Below are positions 14,401 to 26,890 of a DNA stretch of 64,000 nt, one piece after another; positions within the stretch are counted from its first letter, which is position 1; every line of letters begins with the position of its first letter. The notes under the pieces were generated by a model that was given only the letters and a program-made list of their open reading frames with translations, had not been told where the DNA came from and searched no databases. The translations under genes and the position numbers were made by a program. Source of the DNA: Leptogorgia sarmentosa (Eukaryota); assembly GCA_964658305.1 (NCBI GenBank), contig OZ210885.1, positions 8,494,001 to 8,558,000 on the forward strand, in the 5' to 3' direction.

Positions 14401-17400
14401 TTCTGATGGTCTTTCCACCATGTCACGAGGTAGACTGCGCAAACCATGGGCAACTAACATATAAAATAAGAATTGATACTGTATTAGTAGACCCACTTTT
14501 GTGTGTGTAACGAATCGACAATTCATTACATATATTGGCTGGCACACCCATTTGCTAACGCTGTGTTGTGTTGTTCTACAGGGTGTCCCAAAAAACCCTA
14601 CCATTGAAAATAATCTATTGTTATAATTTCAATGACTAGCACAATAAAATAAACCCAAGAGTGCAGAAATTATTGAAAATTTCTTAATAGCTATTGAAAT
14701 TATCGTTATAGATTATTTTCAATGGTACCGTTTTATTGGGGAGGGACCCCTCTATCTATTTAGAAGGCGTTGCGTTTAAAAATGCACATTCTGTGACTAG
14801 CTTTTTAGCTAAATTCATGTACATTCTCTCTTATATTGTCTCAAACTGGCTACTTTTACTTGTAATCATATAGAGGGCAAATATATTGATTACGGAAGAG
14901 GACATTTTTTCCTCATTCATGGAAAATTACTTAACCCTGATTGGCTAAATCTTGAGAATTTTTGGCGTAGGGCGTCCTCGCATTATTTGTCGTGCGTGAA
15001 ATCGTCAAATTAAATTTGTTTGAAAGCAATTTGCTAAATATTTAAGGAAATTCTGTACATATAAAGTTAAGTGGCTTCCCAACAGATCCGAATATACTCC
15101 TACAATTACTCTCTCTGGCTAATTTGTGGCGCGTAATCACACTGTAATATTTTTTTTGATACTTTTTTTGTGGCGAATAATTTCTTTGTTTCTCATGATT
15201 TTCCGTCGCGTTGATATTTTGCTGTAAACATTTAATTTCATTAAAAGTACTCTCAATTTTGTCCGCATGGCTTTGAAGCTCCTTTGAATGATGATCAAAT
15301 TTTTCCGAGTGTTGTTCAAGTTCCTTTGAGTGATGATCAAATTTTGCCGAGTGTTGTTCAAGTTCCTTTGAGTGTTCTCCGAGTTCCTTCGACTGATGGA
15401 CAAGTTTTTCCGAGTTTTTCGCGACACATTTTTCAACTTTTTCAATTCTGCAGACCAGTTTTGAATGGATGTTGTCAAGTTTCTCTACCACGGCATTTAT
15501 CTGCAGCGATACAAGTAAAGAGTTTGAAGTATTTCAGTTTATATTAAATATACATGAATAAACATTAAAGATTAAAACATCTACAGAGATACAAATTATG
15601 CTTTATTGAAAGAACAATACATGTATGAATGTGCGAATTTTTCTGGTCAGCATTAGAAATTAAATTATATTTCGAAGCATCATGCATTATTCTGTTTAGA
15701 AATATTGCCCCATTTTCCCACAATGTGCTCCAAAAATACGACCAAAAATGGACACTGCTGAATCAGCTATATTTAGCTATCACATCTTAAATTGCCTTAA
15801 AAAAGAAGCAGAAATTCTATAATTAAATATGCTTCTGGAACTTATTGATCGATTATAAAGCAAATTCAAGAGTTGCAGGATAAAAATAAATATAAAACGG
15901 GCCATCGACAAAATTTACATTCATCTTCGCGGAAGTATTATAGCCAAAGCGTTAGCATTAAAAAGGATTTCAAATTTCTCTTTAAAAAGGCATAATTCAA
16001 GTTTCGTTGTACTTCATTTCGGATTCATATTCGAAAGGTATGGTATAAGCATTGCCGCCATTAGGTTTTCGTTCTTTGGATGCCGTAGGCCTAGTTCAGA
16101 CGTCGTACATTTCATGTGCCAAACCTAATGTTAACGAGCTAAGTTCTTTGTTTGAGTTCAATTGGATTGGGCTCGGTAAATCAAAAGTTCGACGTCTCAA
16201 GTTTCAACTGGCCTTATTCCACAGACACCAAAGAATATGCTCAGGTTGGATTCGTATTGAATAAAACAATGATCCTGTAGTTATAAAGCAGTAGCATGCA
16301 AAATACTTCATGGCATTTCAACAAATAAACTACATGACCTCATGCATAAACACGTCAGAAGGGTAGATACGTACTTACAATTCTGGGCTTAGTGGTAAAA
16401 GCAGGAACGTTTCCGTCCCGACCACCAGAACCAGAATTCCATGCAAGATAACCTCTTGTGACGTCATTATACATAAGGTCTATTGAAATTTGATATGCAT
16501 GTCTGCTAGTTCTTAAACATTTCAGAGAATTGTAGTTCAACGTTGGAACATCAATAGTAATTTAGCAAGGAAAAGTAATTGCTATCTACCAAAATTTAGG
16601 TTTATCTCTTGCCTATGAGAATGCCTCAATTGTTTTGCTTAATGGGGTGCATGTAATCGGGCTAGTTTTTTCCTAAAAGAGTATTTATATTAGTATTTAT
16701 CAATAATTGATATGTAGTGTGTTTTATTTATCGGTACACGCTTTGTTCTAAGTATTCTGTTGCAAACGTCTCCCCCAAAAAAGTATGCACATGTTTGACT
16801 TGTAACGTTTAACGGGTAAAGCAAAACTCATAAAAACAGCATTACCGAAAAAAAGCACAGATTGCGTTCCCACGCTGAAAATTTGCACTCGCGGCTCGCA
16901 TTTGGAACATGTCTTATATTAATTTAAACAGCGTCTTCCTATTTATTCAACGACTGTTAGATGAAAAATCAAAAGTTCCTCAAACCTTTGTGGCGTCCAA
17001 ATCGTAGTTTTTGATACAACGGCAAAGTTCAGCTACACTTTCTGCAATTAGTTTTGCGTGACGACCATCAACAAGAATGTCTGGAAATAATTAAGAAAAT
17101 TTATCTTGAGTATCGCAAACACTATAAATATACCGCTGCTAATAGGCGTAGCACAAAGGATACATGAAAAAGCCAGTGCCGGATTATCTAGGGGGCAATG
17201 GGGGCATTTGCCCCGGGCCCCAGCTCAAACGCTTATTTACCGGCCCAAGAAAAACTGTGTATAAAAAATTTCAGTTACTGTGGGGTTTCAAAAAAACATA
17301 AATTTTGATTAAAAATTGGTCAATTGAAAGCCAGGAAATTCTAGAGTCCTAAATTACTGAAGAACTATCTGCGTCTATAGACAACGATAAGATTGCAAAC

Positions 17401-19712
17401 TTCAACCTACTTATAGCATCATAGCCGTACGAGGCGGCGGTGCAAGGGGGCAACTGCCCCCCAAAAAATTTCAAATTGGCAAATTCGGGCACTGATTTTG
17501 AGCATAATTGGGGCAAAAATCTGAGGAATAAGGTAATATATCAACAATCCTCCAGTCGTTCACCTGAACGAACGTACTAAGAAAGTGGAGTTAGGACTCT
17601 GAAATCGCCGTTTCCGGCAATCCAGAGGTTGTAAAAGTTCAAAAATTTCTCGCTCGGCGCCAACCAGTGGCGCCTCGTGACAGTCGCTACCCTCAAATCC
17701 GGGCAAAGATCTTTCTGCTCGCCTGAAAAAATGTACCCCGTACGCTTATGCTTAGCATTGAACACGAAATACTAGACTCACTTAAGTTAATGTCGAAGTG
17801 GCTGGTAAATGCCACTTTCACGTTAAAAATTTCGAAATAGTACAATTCAGAGCAACAGCGTTAAAGAGTATCACAAAGTTAGTAATCCTGTAAAGTTTTC
17901 AAATTTGTATATTTTAGTATTACCCATGCATTTATATCCCTATCGAGAAAAGTCTATCAATTTTTGCGAGCCTAATACTAAAATGAAAAAAAAAAAAAAA
18001 AAAACTTTTTTAAAAACTTTTATTCGACTTTTGAATGATTGAAGTTTTGAACACAAATGTCGAACTGGAATTGGTACGATTTACGAAGTCTAATTCATGT
18101 GAAAATTTTGATTTTATTCATATTTCAGCATAATAATATTAGTTGTACTATACCATGTATATGAATGTCTGCTAGTTCTTAAACATTTCAGAGAATTGTA
18201 GTTCAACGTTGGAGCATCAATAGTAATTTTGCAAGGAAAAGTAATTGTTATCTACCAAAATTTAGGTTTATCTCTTGCCTATGAGAATGCCTCAATTGTT
18301 TTGCTTAATGGGGTGTTGTATACAGTATTAAAGGCATTTAACTTCTGCACTAATAATGAAGGTCTAAAAATTAATCACTGTCACCAATTCAACACTATAG
18401 ATTTCTACGTAAAGTTTCAAAGTATAGCTACTCTTTTGGAGAATTTTATTTTTTTTTTACCTGTTCGACCCCATATAATTTCAACGATTGATCGTATTGA
18501 GAATCGCATTGAATTGTATATATGGTAGTAATATGAATCAAATTGGATAATGATAATAATAATTAAGAAATAGATAACGAGTGGCGTGCCATTATGCTGT
18601 TATAATGCACGAGGGAAATGTTGGGAGAATACGAGAGAATCGCGTAAAACACGAGGCGTAGCCGAGTGTTTTACGCGATTCTCGAGTATTCTCACAACAT
18701 TGCCCGAGTGCAATTACAACAGCATAATGGCACGCGACGAGTTTTTCTATTTCTTCTATAATATAAGAGAATATTAGCGCAACAAAAAACTTCGTTAGGA
18801 AGATCAAAATTACAATTCTCTTTACATGTAATCAAGCGTGTTCTCAAATGTTGCCAAGCAGCAACACAGCTTTATTCCTTTAGCTGAGCGAAAGCAAACA
18901 ATTCAAGCGTTTTTTATGGATGTATTTTTAGTATATATGCTGTTATAATGCACGCTCATTAGCCAATCACGTTGCAGATTTTACCCTACTTATATTATAA
19001 ATGAATAATATATAAGAAAAATTCTTTCAACACATGGGGTTTTCTTACCGGAGATAAAAAATGATCTGCGCAAAACATATTTAAAGGCATGATGAAATTC
19101 CGGCAATAATGCTAATAATACAGTACCTGTTTTATTCCAGAAATCTAGTTCATCACAAATTATTTTTTCGTCAGCTATTGGTAAATTTAATATTTTGACC
19201 AAAGATTCCATTCCTTGAAACGAGGCATTGAACATATGTAGTGTCCATTCAGAGATGTTACAATGAGCCCATGGGTTTCTGATGTCCGACCGAACTTTGT
19301 TTGCTTCAGCTGCAGCACCCGAAGATACAAAAGGAGCTGCCTTGCTGATAATAGTCAAAAGTGCTGACATATCCATGGTTTCATCAAATCCAGTGAAATG
19401 TGCCATAAAGTCCGTGACGAATAGTTTCGCCAACGAGACAGGATCTTTAACAGCATAATCATAAGCTGCTTTAGTGCGCTTGTGGATAATGTTATTGTTA
19501 ATGTTTTGATATTGTAGGTTATGGGTGGAAGGGGGTAATTTCTTAATTTTGTATGCTGCGAAATCTTGCTTGTGAATTTCATCAGGTGGTTGGCATAAAG
19601 AATGATACCATTTCCCAAGTTCAGTGTCGACAACTTTCCTCAATGCAGGTGCAAGAACTTTGGTAAAGGCAATGCCAACTAAAACCCAATGTTGTTCTTC
19701 CTCTGATATCAT
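2270..19712 (-). CDS. APAF-1-like STAND/NLR protein: HEPN-like N-terminal domain + coiled coil + NB-ARC + WD40 (multi-exon; 3' end probably beyond window start)
   Basis: Phase-compatible GT-AG exons: 19712-19127, 17080-16986, 15500-about 15143 (donor uncertain), 14453-14116, 12980-12338, 10764-10354, 6410-6165, 2491-2270. Motifs: RNPWAH (RX4H), P-loop GMGGLGKT, Walker B LVILDDVW, LLITTRN, CGDLPLAL (GxP), FALFPED, YRLHDLL (MHD-like), WD40 GHSDDVRCLAV...ASGGSWDRSTILW. Confidence 0.85.
3202..4924. mobile_element. Internally duplicated long-TIR MITE with TA target site (Tc1/mariner-like)
   Basis: TA|CACCATTTGCCCTTCATTAAGCG at 3200 mirrors CGCTTAATGAAGGGCAAATGGTG|TA ending 4926; left arm (about 297 bp) tandemly duplicated, core plus right arm (about 567 bp) tandemly duplicated. 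Confidence 0.7.
6165..6410 (-). CDS. NLR gene exon: linker and first WD40-like blade
   Basis: 246-bp phase 1/1 exon GRLLSNEEY...LVLCGLMNGSITIFDLDT (not in ORF track); acceptor ttttacag, donor G|GTAGGT. Confidence 0.75.
6900..8425 (-). pseudogene. Degenerate Helitron/Helentron RepHel (Rep domain) relic in an NLR intron
   Basis: Broken frames give TSELFKNEGI, FAPGEG, LRSKDRR, PPYFERCKKDLFAMIRQLG, TWFCSFSAAETQW and YRVEFPERGSPLIHGL (decayed HUH motif); several stops and frameshifts; boundaries approximate. Confidence 0.8.
8691..9197 (+). repeat. Interspersed hairpin-containing repeat, copy 1
   Basis: Near-identical reverse complement of 18563-18999; central imperfect palindrome around CTCGGCTACGCCTCGTG. 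Confidence 0.85.
10354..10764 (-). CDS. NLR gene exon: MHD-like motif and APAF-1-type helical domain
   Basis: SYRLHDLLLGFARA...YYFKYLTYHL...FNFIWLHEK...LISDF; acceptor ttttcag, donor G|GTAATT. Confidence 0.85.
11350..12155. repeat. Non-autonomous repeat with two CCCGAGGCGAAGCCGAGGG-centred palindromes
   Basis: Fold-back units at about 11353-11495 and 11698-11842. Confidence 0.6.
12338..12980 (-). CDS. NLR gene exon: NB-ARC Walker B, GxP and winged helix
   Basis: CLVILDDVW, LITTR, CGDLPLAL, LFPED; acceptor tgcag, donor G|GTAAAT; phases match both neighbouring exons. Confidence 0.9.
13660..13875 (+). repeat. Interspersed repeat related to 35460-35685
   Basis: Shared ...TTTCCAAA(A)GCTTTAA...CTCTTCATGATAGTCC...GAGATCAGTGATGA...CCGGGTG(T/C)AAATAGCCGTG. 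Confidence 0.7.
14116..14453 (-). CDS. NLR gene exon: NB-ARC P-loop
   Basis: VVGIRGMGGLGKTILA; acceptor ttag at 14454, donor ACG|GTATGT at 14116/14115. Confidence 0.88.
17174..17310 (+). repeat. hAT-like transposon end (CAGTGCCGGATTATC...)
   Basis: CAGTG terminus; diverged inverted copy at about 27900-28031. Confidence 0.6.
18563..18999 (-). repeat. Interspersed hairpin-containing repeat, copy 2 (inverted, about 70 bp internal deletion)
   Basis: Reverse complement of 8691-9197; ORF-track peptides 18586..18777 and 8983..9174 are almost identical. Confidence 0.85.
19127..19712 (-). CDS. First coding exon of NLR gene: HEPN (DZIP3-like) domain
   Basis: ORF 18990..19712 up to donor AG|GTACTG at 19127/19126; helical domain with D-x-S-A-L-L and RNPWAH (RX4H) motifs. 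Confidence 0.65.
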
Positions 19713-22700
19713 TATCGTTCTATGAAGTAAACATAAAATAATGGTGTTACAATTTTAGCTACCGAAGCACAAAGCTTTTGTAAACAGTACAGACATAATC
19801 AGTTTCTGACATTTTAATGTTTTACAAATATGTGAAAGTAGAAGTTTCTTTGAAAATACTGGAACGTATGTCCTTTGAAAATACTGTATGAGTAACCCAG
19901 TTTTGAATAATCAGACAAGCCAGATTTATACAATTTGTAAGACGAGTGGAAAGTATTGACCACTCAACGCTGTCTCCAAATATTCGGCTTCGTTGCCTCG
20001 CAGTGTGTTCTGTATTTCGAGCATATTATGGATAGTTGTAAACTGACGACGATCAAATATATTTCTTTCGTTATTTTTATCATTCAAGCTGTGCCGCTCT
20101 AAATAATATAATAATCGCTTTAAAGTCACTTAGATCATAGACAAATCAGTGGCGTAACCGAGGGGTGTCAGGGTGTCCAGTGACAGGGGGCCCCCGAACT
20201 TTAGGGGCCCCCGACAAAATGAACATAAAAAATTGATAGCACATTTCTGGGGAATTCAAATACGAAAAACAGACAGATAGGCAGGTGCGGGTGGAGTTGC
20301 CTATTAATTGGGACTTATGGTGTATCCTTTACCTGTTCTTTGGAAGAGAGAAGCGAAATTCATTAAATTCAAATTCGGGTTCGAGTCTATTCTGTAACAA
20401 AGTGAGGTTTGCCGTTGTGACAATCGTCTATGCTCAGATTTAAGTAAGACATTGTATTTTTTACACATAATGTCCATCCGGAAATATGCATATGTATATC
20501 TATACATAGCCTACAGATATAGGGAATAATTAATTTATTAATAAACGTCGCACCTTCGCAACTACAGTGCGGCGGTTAATCGAGGATAAAAGAGAACTCA
20601 CGCAGGGACGTTTTTAACAACACGGTTGTCAAGGTGACGATGATGTGAAGGAAATTGATATTCTATTCTGAACAGTTTTTGTTCATTCGTTAGGTTTTTG
20701 GGCAATAAAAATTACGAGCATTTACGTTACTTCCATGCTATCAGTCAAATATTCGTAATCTTGCAATAATTAAAAATGAAAGTTTTATGTTATGAGATGT
20801 ATCCATGATCTTTTACTGATAGAAATGTTGCTGAAGATATAATATAGTTTTTAATGAAATTTGTAAAAAAAATTGCGCGAGGGTACACACTACCAGTATT
20901 GAAGTTTGCTTGCGTATGAATTTAAAGGCCTCGTCGTAATCTAATCATAATTAAAAACATGAAATTTGCGATACAGACTGCAAGTTGTCAAATTACAATG
21001 CAATTAAGGTCCGTCTGCGTGTTGTTTGACTCTCTGGTCATTGCATGTTCAAGTCGGAATAAGCTCAGTTCAATTTAGGATTTTCAGTAAATCGTGCCAC
21101 GTAGCGCTGTATGTCTAATGCAAGACATGCCAATGACTGAACATTCGCTGGAGTCATACGTCTCCATGATATAACAACCCCAAGAATACACTGCAGATAG
21201 TCATGAAAAGCTTTTTTATTGAAAATTGAAGTCTACAACACTACAACATACAAACAAACGCTTTTGCATGACGAATTGCTTAGATAAACTAAGTGGTGTG
21301 TGAGGAGTTTATTATGTGCTCACGAAATCACAGATAAAGTAAGAGAGACATACTCCAAGTGCACGTTTATTTGGCATTTTGTTGCAGACGCATGATATCG
21401 TACTTTGAAAGGAAATTTGCAATGTGACATTTTATAATTATAACGTTTCTCTGCAAACTGGAAACAATTTCGAAACATTTTCGTAGAGTCACCGAGTGTT
21501 AAAATGACTTTTGAAAGAAAAAGCGATTCTGTATTCATTTTGTGTCACATAACTCAACGCCGTCATATCTCGCGAACGTTCGAGCAATTCTGTTTGCGGG
21601 TTTCACTTGAATGGTGCTGCGTCGAAGAACAATATAACTGACATAACTCAGCAAGACACTCATATGTGACATTTTACGTGGGAACAGAAAGCCGCAATGA
21701 TTAGATTAGGGTCAGCAATAAAGATTATAAATATAACTGATAGCACAATTTACATGGTTTTTTTCGGCGCTCATTTCAGGCTAAAGTTTATGCAAATTTG
21801 GGTAAATCTTTTAAAATACAATATGAAACTGCACTACGGTCGTTGTGAAACATTCAAGATCGTTAAGGTCACAAAGACATTGCATGTCAACATGCGTTTG
21901 AATGTAGCGGAATATTTTATATATGTTTCAACTCTGATTCCAATGAAGCAATGAATTACTTGCTTTCTATGGTGACAGTTGATCAATACTAAAACAATAC
22001 GCAGATTCGACTTTTGGGACAAAGGCTCTTAGTTGAACTTTTGCTAAGATACAATCCTTGGCGAGTGGATTTTCCGGTGCTCTTGATGCCATTATTCGTC
22101 AGACTATACCTAAATTAAACGATGAACTCCGACAAAAGGCGTTCGCTCCAAATATTGAAACTTATTAATTGCATCGTTTAGGTAGTGAGCAATTGCAAAA
22201 CCCTTTCTGGAGTTTGCTGTTGTGATCCGCTTCCCGCACTGGCGCGCCGCATATTGAATATTTCCTTACACACTACTCGGTAAAATAATTCAGTGACAAT
22301 AAATTTGATGAATTCTACTCACCACAAGACATTCGGTGTATAAACTACATGAAGCTGAAGCAAGTTGCTGTTTAAGCTTCGGGAATATTGTTGCAAAGTG
22401 CAAAGTAATGCATGTTGGGTTTCATGCAACAAAACAGTACATTGAAATGATTTCTCTCACAATAATAAGACGTCTGAACGACCAATACAAGCTTACCCTA
22501 TGAAGGAAAATACCAAAATGCTTTTCGCCTGACATGAGTTCGTAGCTTTACACCAGGGCACATTGCAACTCAACTTATTTTTAATCCGTCATGAATTTAA
22601 AATCATCCGGTTTTATTTTCCCTCTTCTTAGGAAATATAATTATCATATGAATGAAAAATTAAAGACAGTTCGTATACTAAATTTCGCAAAGATTTTGGC

Positions 22701-24880
22701 AGTTAAATACCCATCACAGTGAAGTAGATGTTACCGTGATTTTCAAACATAAGTCATGTGGGAAAGAGTTTGGTAGATATACGCGCGACAATTTTAAAAC
22801 TAAAGCACATTCTTACATTCCTTTAAACAACCCCATGTAGTTCGTTTACTTGCATGCTGTCAGTCAATTTAATCTCAGTCTTTGTTTTATGGTAGACGCA
22901 ATCTTTAAACTTTTACAGACTGAAATGTTGCCAATCATATACTATAGTTTTTAATGAAACTTGTAAACAAACTTGCGTGAGGTACACACTGCAATATTGA
23001 AGTTTGCTTTCCTATGAATTTGAAGACTTCGTCGCAACCTAATTAGTCAAGAACAGTAAATTTTCTAACAGCGCTACAGACTGAGCGTTGCTAAGTTGCA
23101 GTTATATCGCTGAAAACCTGAGAGCAATAAAGGTCCACCTGTTGTTTGGTCCCTGGTTATTGCATGCTCAAGTCTGTATTGAATAAGCCCGAAGTGAGGA
23201 TGGAGGCTGCTTTGTTTGGCAATGCTCAATTCAATTTAGGATTTTCAACAAATCGTGCTAAGTAGCGCTGTATGCATGACATGTCAGCGATTGAACACGC
23301 ACCAGTCACATGTATGTTCACGATGGTATAACCACCCAAGAATCAGTACAAATAGTAATGAAAAGCTTTAAAGCATTTAATAAATAATGATTTATGACCC
23401 CAGCTTTTATTAAAAGATCCAAATCTTTTCTAGTTTTATCAGTATCTTGTTTGAATAAATCAAGTTTAATTTACAAACATGTACAAGCGCTCTTGCATGA
23501 CAAATATCTTAGATAAACTAAGTATTGATATGAGGAGTTTATGTGCAATACAAGGCTCACAAGATCACAGATAATTAAAAGTAAGAGCGACATAGAACAC
23601 CCTCACATAACCTGAAACGATATTACACGAATGGTAGAAGCGTAAAGGCATGTTTGTTTGTCATTGTGTTGCAACGTCATCAGATGGATATTGTGCTTTG
23701 AAAAGAAATTTGTTATATGGGATTTTGTAACGTTGTTGTGCCAACTGGAAATAGTTTCAAAACTTTTATTATAGTACTCACCAAATGTTAAATTCGCAAA
23801 GATGTTAAAAGGACAAAAGCTTCTGTATTAAACTTCTACGACGTAAATAAATGTCGTCACATATTGAGAACGTTCCAGCTTTTGTGTTTGTGGATTTCAC
23901 TTGAATGGTGCTGGGTCAAAGAATAATATAAGTCATGTGTCACGAGTTGCGTGGGAGCAAGGAGCAGCATGTACTTACCATGCATCAGACATTGAATATG
24001 AGTGCGAATTAAAATCGACTCAGACTTGTATAGGGTGCCGGTTCCAAAAAAGTTTTCTTGATAGAAATCACTCTTTTGTTGTTAATCTCGGATTATAAAT
24101 TCACTATAAGTTTAAATTCACTTCTGACGAACAGCATCATAAATGCGTGTTGTTTAGCCTCATTTGCATCAAATAGATTTATTTGGCAAGTTCCACTTTA
24201 ACAATTTTTTCCTTCATTTATAGTTTTTAATGGACGTGAAACTGCAGAGACCTGTCCAAAGTTAATACAACAAAGGTTGGATACAGACATAAAGAGCAGA
24301 CCATCATGTGTTTGCTAAAGTTGCAATAACAACTCAACTGATCATACGTCAAGTATGGCGTAGCGTTCGCAGTAATTGCAACTGTCATTCAATAGAAACC
24401 TATCACAAAGTCATGGCTAGCTGCTCTATATAGAATTGTAAGGTTGAAAATAAAATTGTAATCAGCAGGAACCAAACCAGAGTTATTGTGGTAAATATCA
24501 AGTGAAGCAATAATAATTTTAATACACATTAATACACAGGCAGAAAGCTAAAAACATCATACACTACAGTCATGCTTTGTAGCGGGAAATTCTAACTTTT
24601 TACACGTCTCTGCGACGCAATCATTGCAATTTTCAGGGCACCAGATTAACTTGTACATTTAATATATTTAATAGGGAGCTAGGGCAATCTTTCTAGTTTT
24701 AAAGTGCCAAGTTTAATTTGCATGTACATGTGCCAAAATTAAGAAAAACGTCAACAATAAATGTCTAAAGATTTCACAGTTCGAAAGGAAGTGGCGAAAG
24801 GAAAACAATTAAAATATTCCACAGAATCAAAACACTTCACTTATAAAAACTCTTTGATATCAATCACACTGATGAATAAA

Positions 24881-25116
24881 GCAACTTTGTTATTTCACGC
24901 AGTTCGGTGCCAGCGACATAATTATTTGTTATTGATTCATTAGAGAGAGTATATAAAATCGACGGATTATCGCACAACGTTTGTATTTTCAACAATATGC
25001 AACTTTGTTATTTCACGCAGTTCGGTGCCAGCAACATAATTATTTGTTATTGATTCATTAGAGAGAGTATATAAAATCGACGGATTATCGCACAACGTTT
25101 GTATTTTCAACAATAT
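24881..25116. repeat. 118-bp tandem duplication
   Basis: GCAACTTTGTTATTTCACGC...TTTTCAACAATAT at 24881-24998 and 24999-25116, one visible mismatch. Confidence 0.9.
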
Positions 25117-25462
25117 ATAACATAATCGATATCATTAAAAAGATTGGGCTACATTTGGTTTGGTATACAAAGATAATTTAAAGAAAGAGATTTAAAAGGT
25201 AATCTTCAAGCTAACATTATATGCAGTTAGATTTGCAAGTCTGAGAGATCATCTGACCATGTCGGTATAATATCTATAATATTCGAACATTAATTGGCTT
25301 ATAAGCTATTATTTGTGATTCTATATATTTGGTGAGTTTGCCATTTTGCAAGAGTAATAGTAAATGACAAAGATTTGCCATTCGCTTTGCAATTTTAGGC
25401 TTTAAGGTCTATTTTCCGCGTCGCACACTGTAAATGGGCATTCATTGGGTATGGTGCATTTA

Positions 25463-25869
25463 ACCGTATTTAGCTAAAAGGACGAAAAATTCGACTGGGA
25501 CGAATTCTTCGACTGAATGATATAATTTGTTAAAGTAAATCCGGAGACGAACTTAACAGTCGCATCAACATACCCTGTTTAGTTCGTCTTTTTTGTGCGT
25601 CGTTTCGACGCACTTAACAAACGAATTATTCGTCCAAAACCAATAATTCGTCTGGGTAAATACGAGACGCTAATATCACACTCGTACTAAAGATCAGTTG
25701 TTGAACTGAAGTACGAAATATACCATATATTCCTATTGATCCAGACTTCTGAATCGAATCGTGACCGAAACAAACACAAAAAACCGACGTGTGGTTCGTC
25801 TCGTGGTTAGCAAGGCTAGTCGAATAATTCGTCCTAGACGAATTATTCATCTTTCTGGCTAAATACGCT
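25463..25869. mobile_element. MITE, PIF/Harbinger-like
   Basis: Imperfect TIRs CGTATTTAGCTA...GACGAATT / AATTCGTC...TGGCTAAATACG in TTAA context. Confidence 0.55.
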
Positions 25870-26182
25870 TAATCATAACTTTCATAAGCTTAAATCAACA
25901 TATAGTTCCGGTTTCATCCCAATCAGAACCTTCCCATAATTTTGAACGTCTACTGCCCAGATGTCAAAATGTGATTGTTTAAGGTGTGAAAACATAACCA
26001 TTAGTCGCTTTGTGTCAAAGTATGTCAAAGTATGAATGATGTAATTATTGAATCTGACGAAATCAACACATAATATTATTACAACGAGAAATTTGGCCGT
26101 GGGGCTTCATTTTTCATTTCAAAGTAGATGTTGATTTGGTGACCATGATTGTGCCAGCATTGTAACAAGAGAGAATAACTAC

Positions 26183-26890
26183 AGGCTATGTGTGAAACAA
26201 GGAACGGGGAACCGGGAAAGCGGATCGTAAAGGGAATACATGAATCTGTAAAAGCCGGAACCTGTAAAACCAGGACCTGTAAAAGCCGGAGCCTGTAAAA
26301 GACGGAATCTTAAAACAAGGAATCTCTGAAGCCAGGAATCTGTAAAACCAGGAATTTGTAAAACTAGGAATCAGTAAAATCTAGAACCTAAAAAACCAGG
26401 AATCTATAAAACCAGGAATCTGTAAAACCAGGAATCTGTAAAATCAGGAATCTATAAAATCAGGAATCAATAAAACCAGGAGTCTGTAAAACCAGGAATC
26501 TGTAAAACCAGGAATCTATAAAACCAGGAATCTGTAAAACCAGGAATCTGTAAAATCAGGAATCTATAAAATCAGGAATCATTAAAACCAGGAGTCTGTA
26601 AAATCAGAAATCTGTAAAATCAGGAATCTGTAAAATCAGGAATCTATAAAATCAGGAGTCTGTAAAACCAGGAATCTGTAAAATCAGGAATCTGTAAAAT
26701 CAGGAATCTATAAAATCAGGAGTCTGTAAAACCAGGAATCTGTAAAATCAGGAATCTGTAAAATCAGGAATCTATAAAATCAGGAGTCTGTAAAACCAGG
26801 AATCTGTAAAATCAGGAGTCTGTAAAACCAGGAATCTATAAAATCAGGAATCTTTAAAATCAGGAATCGGTAAACCAGGAATCGGTCAAA
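26183..26890 (+). repeat. DNA-transposon end with 16-bp subterminal minisatellite AAAA(C/T)CAGGAATCT(G/A)T
   Basis: More than 30 tandem 16-mers at about 26330-26890 after GGCTATGTGTGAAAC...GGAACGGGGAAC; related to 55239-55470. Confidence 0.8.
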
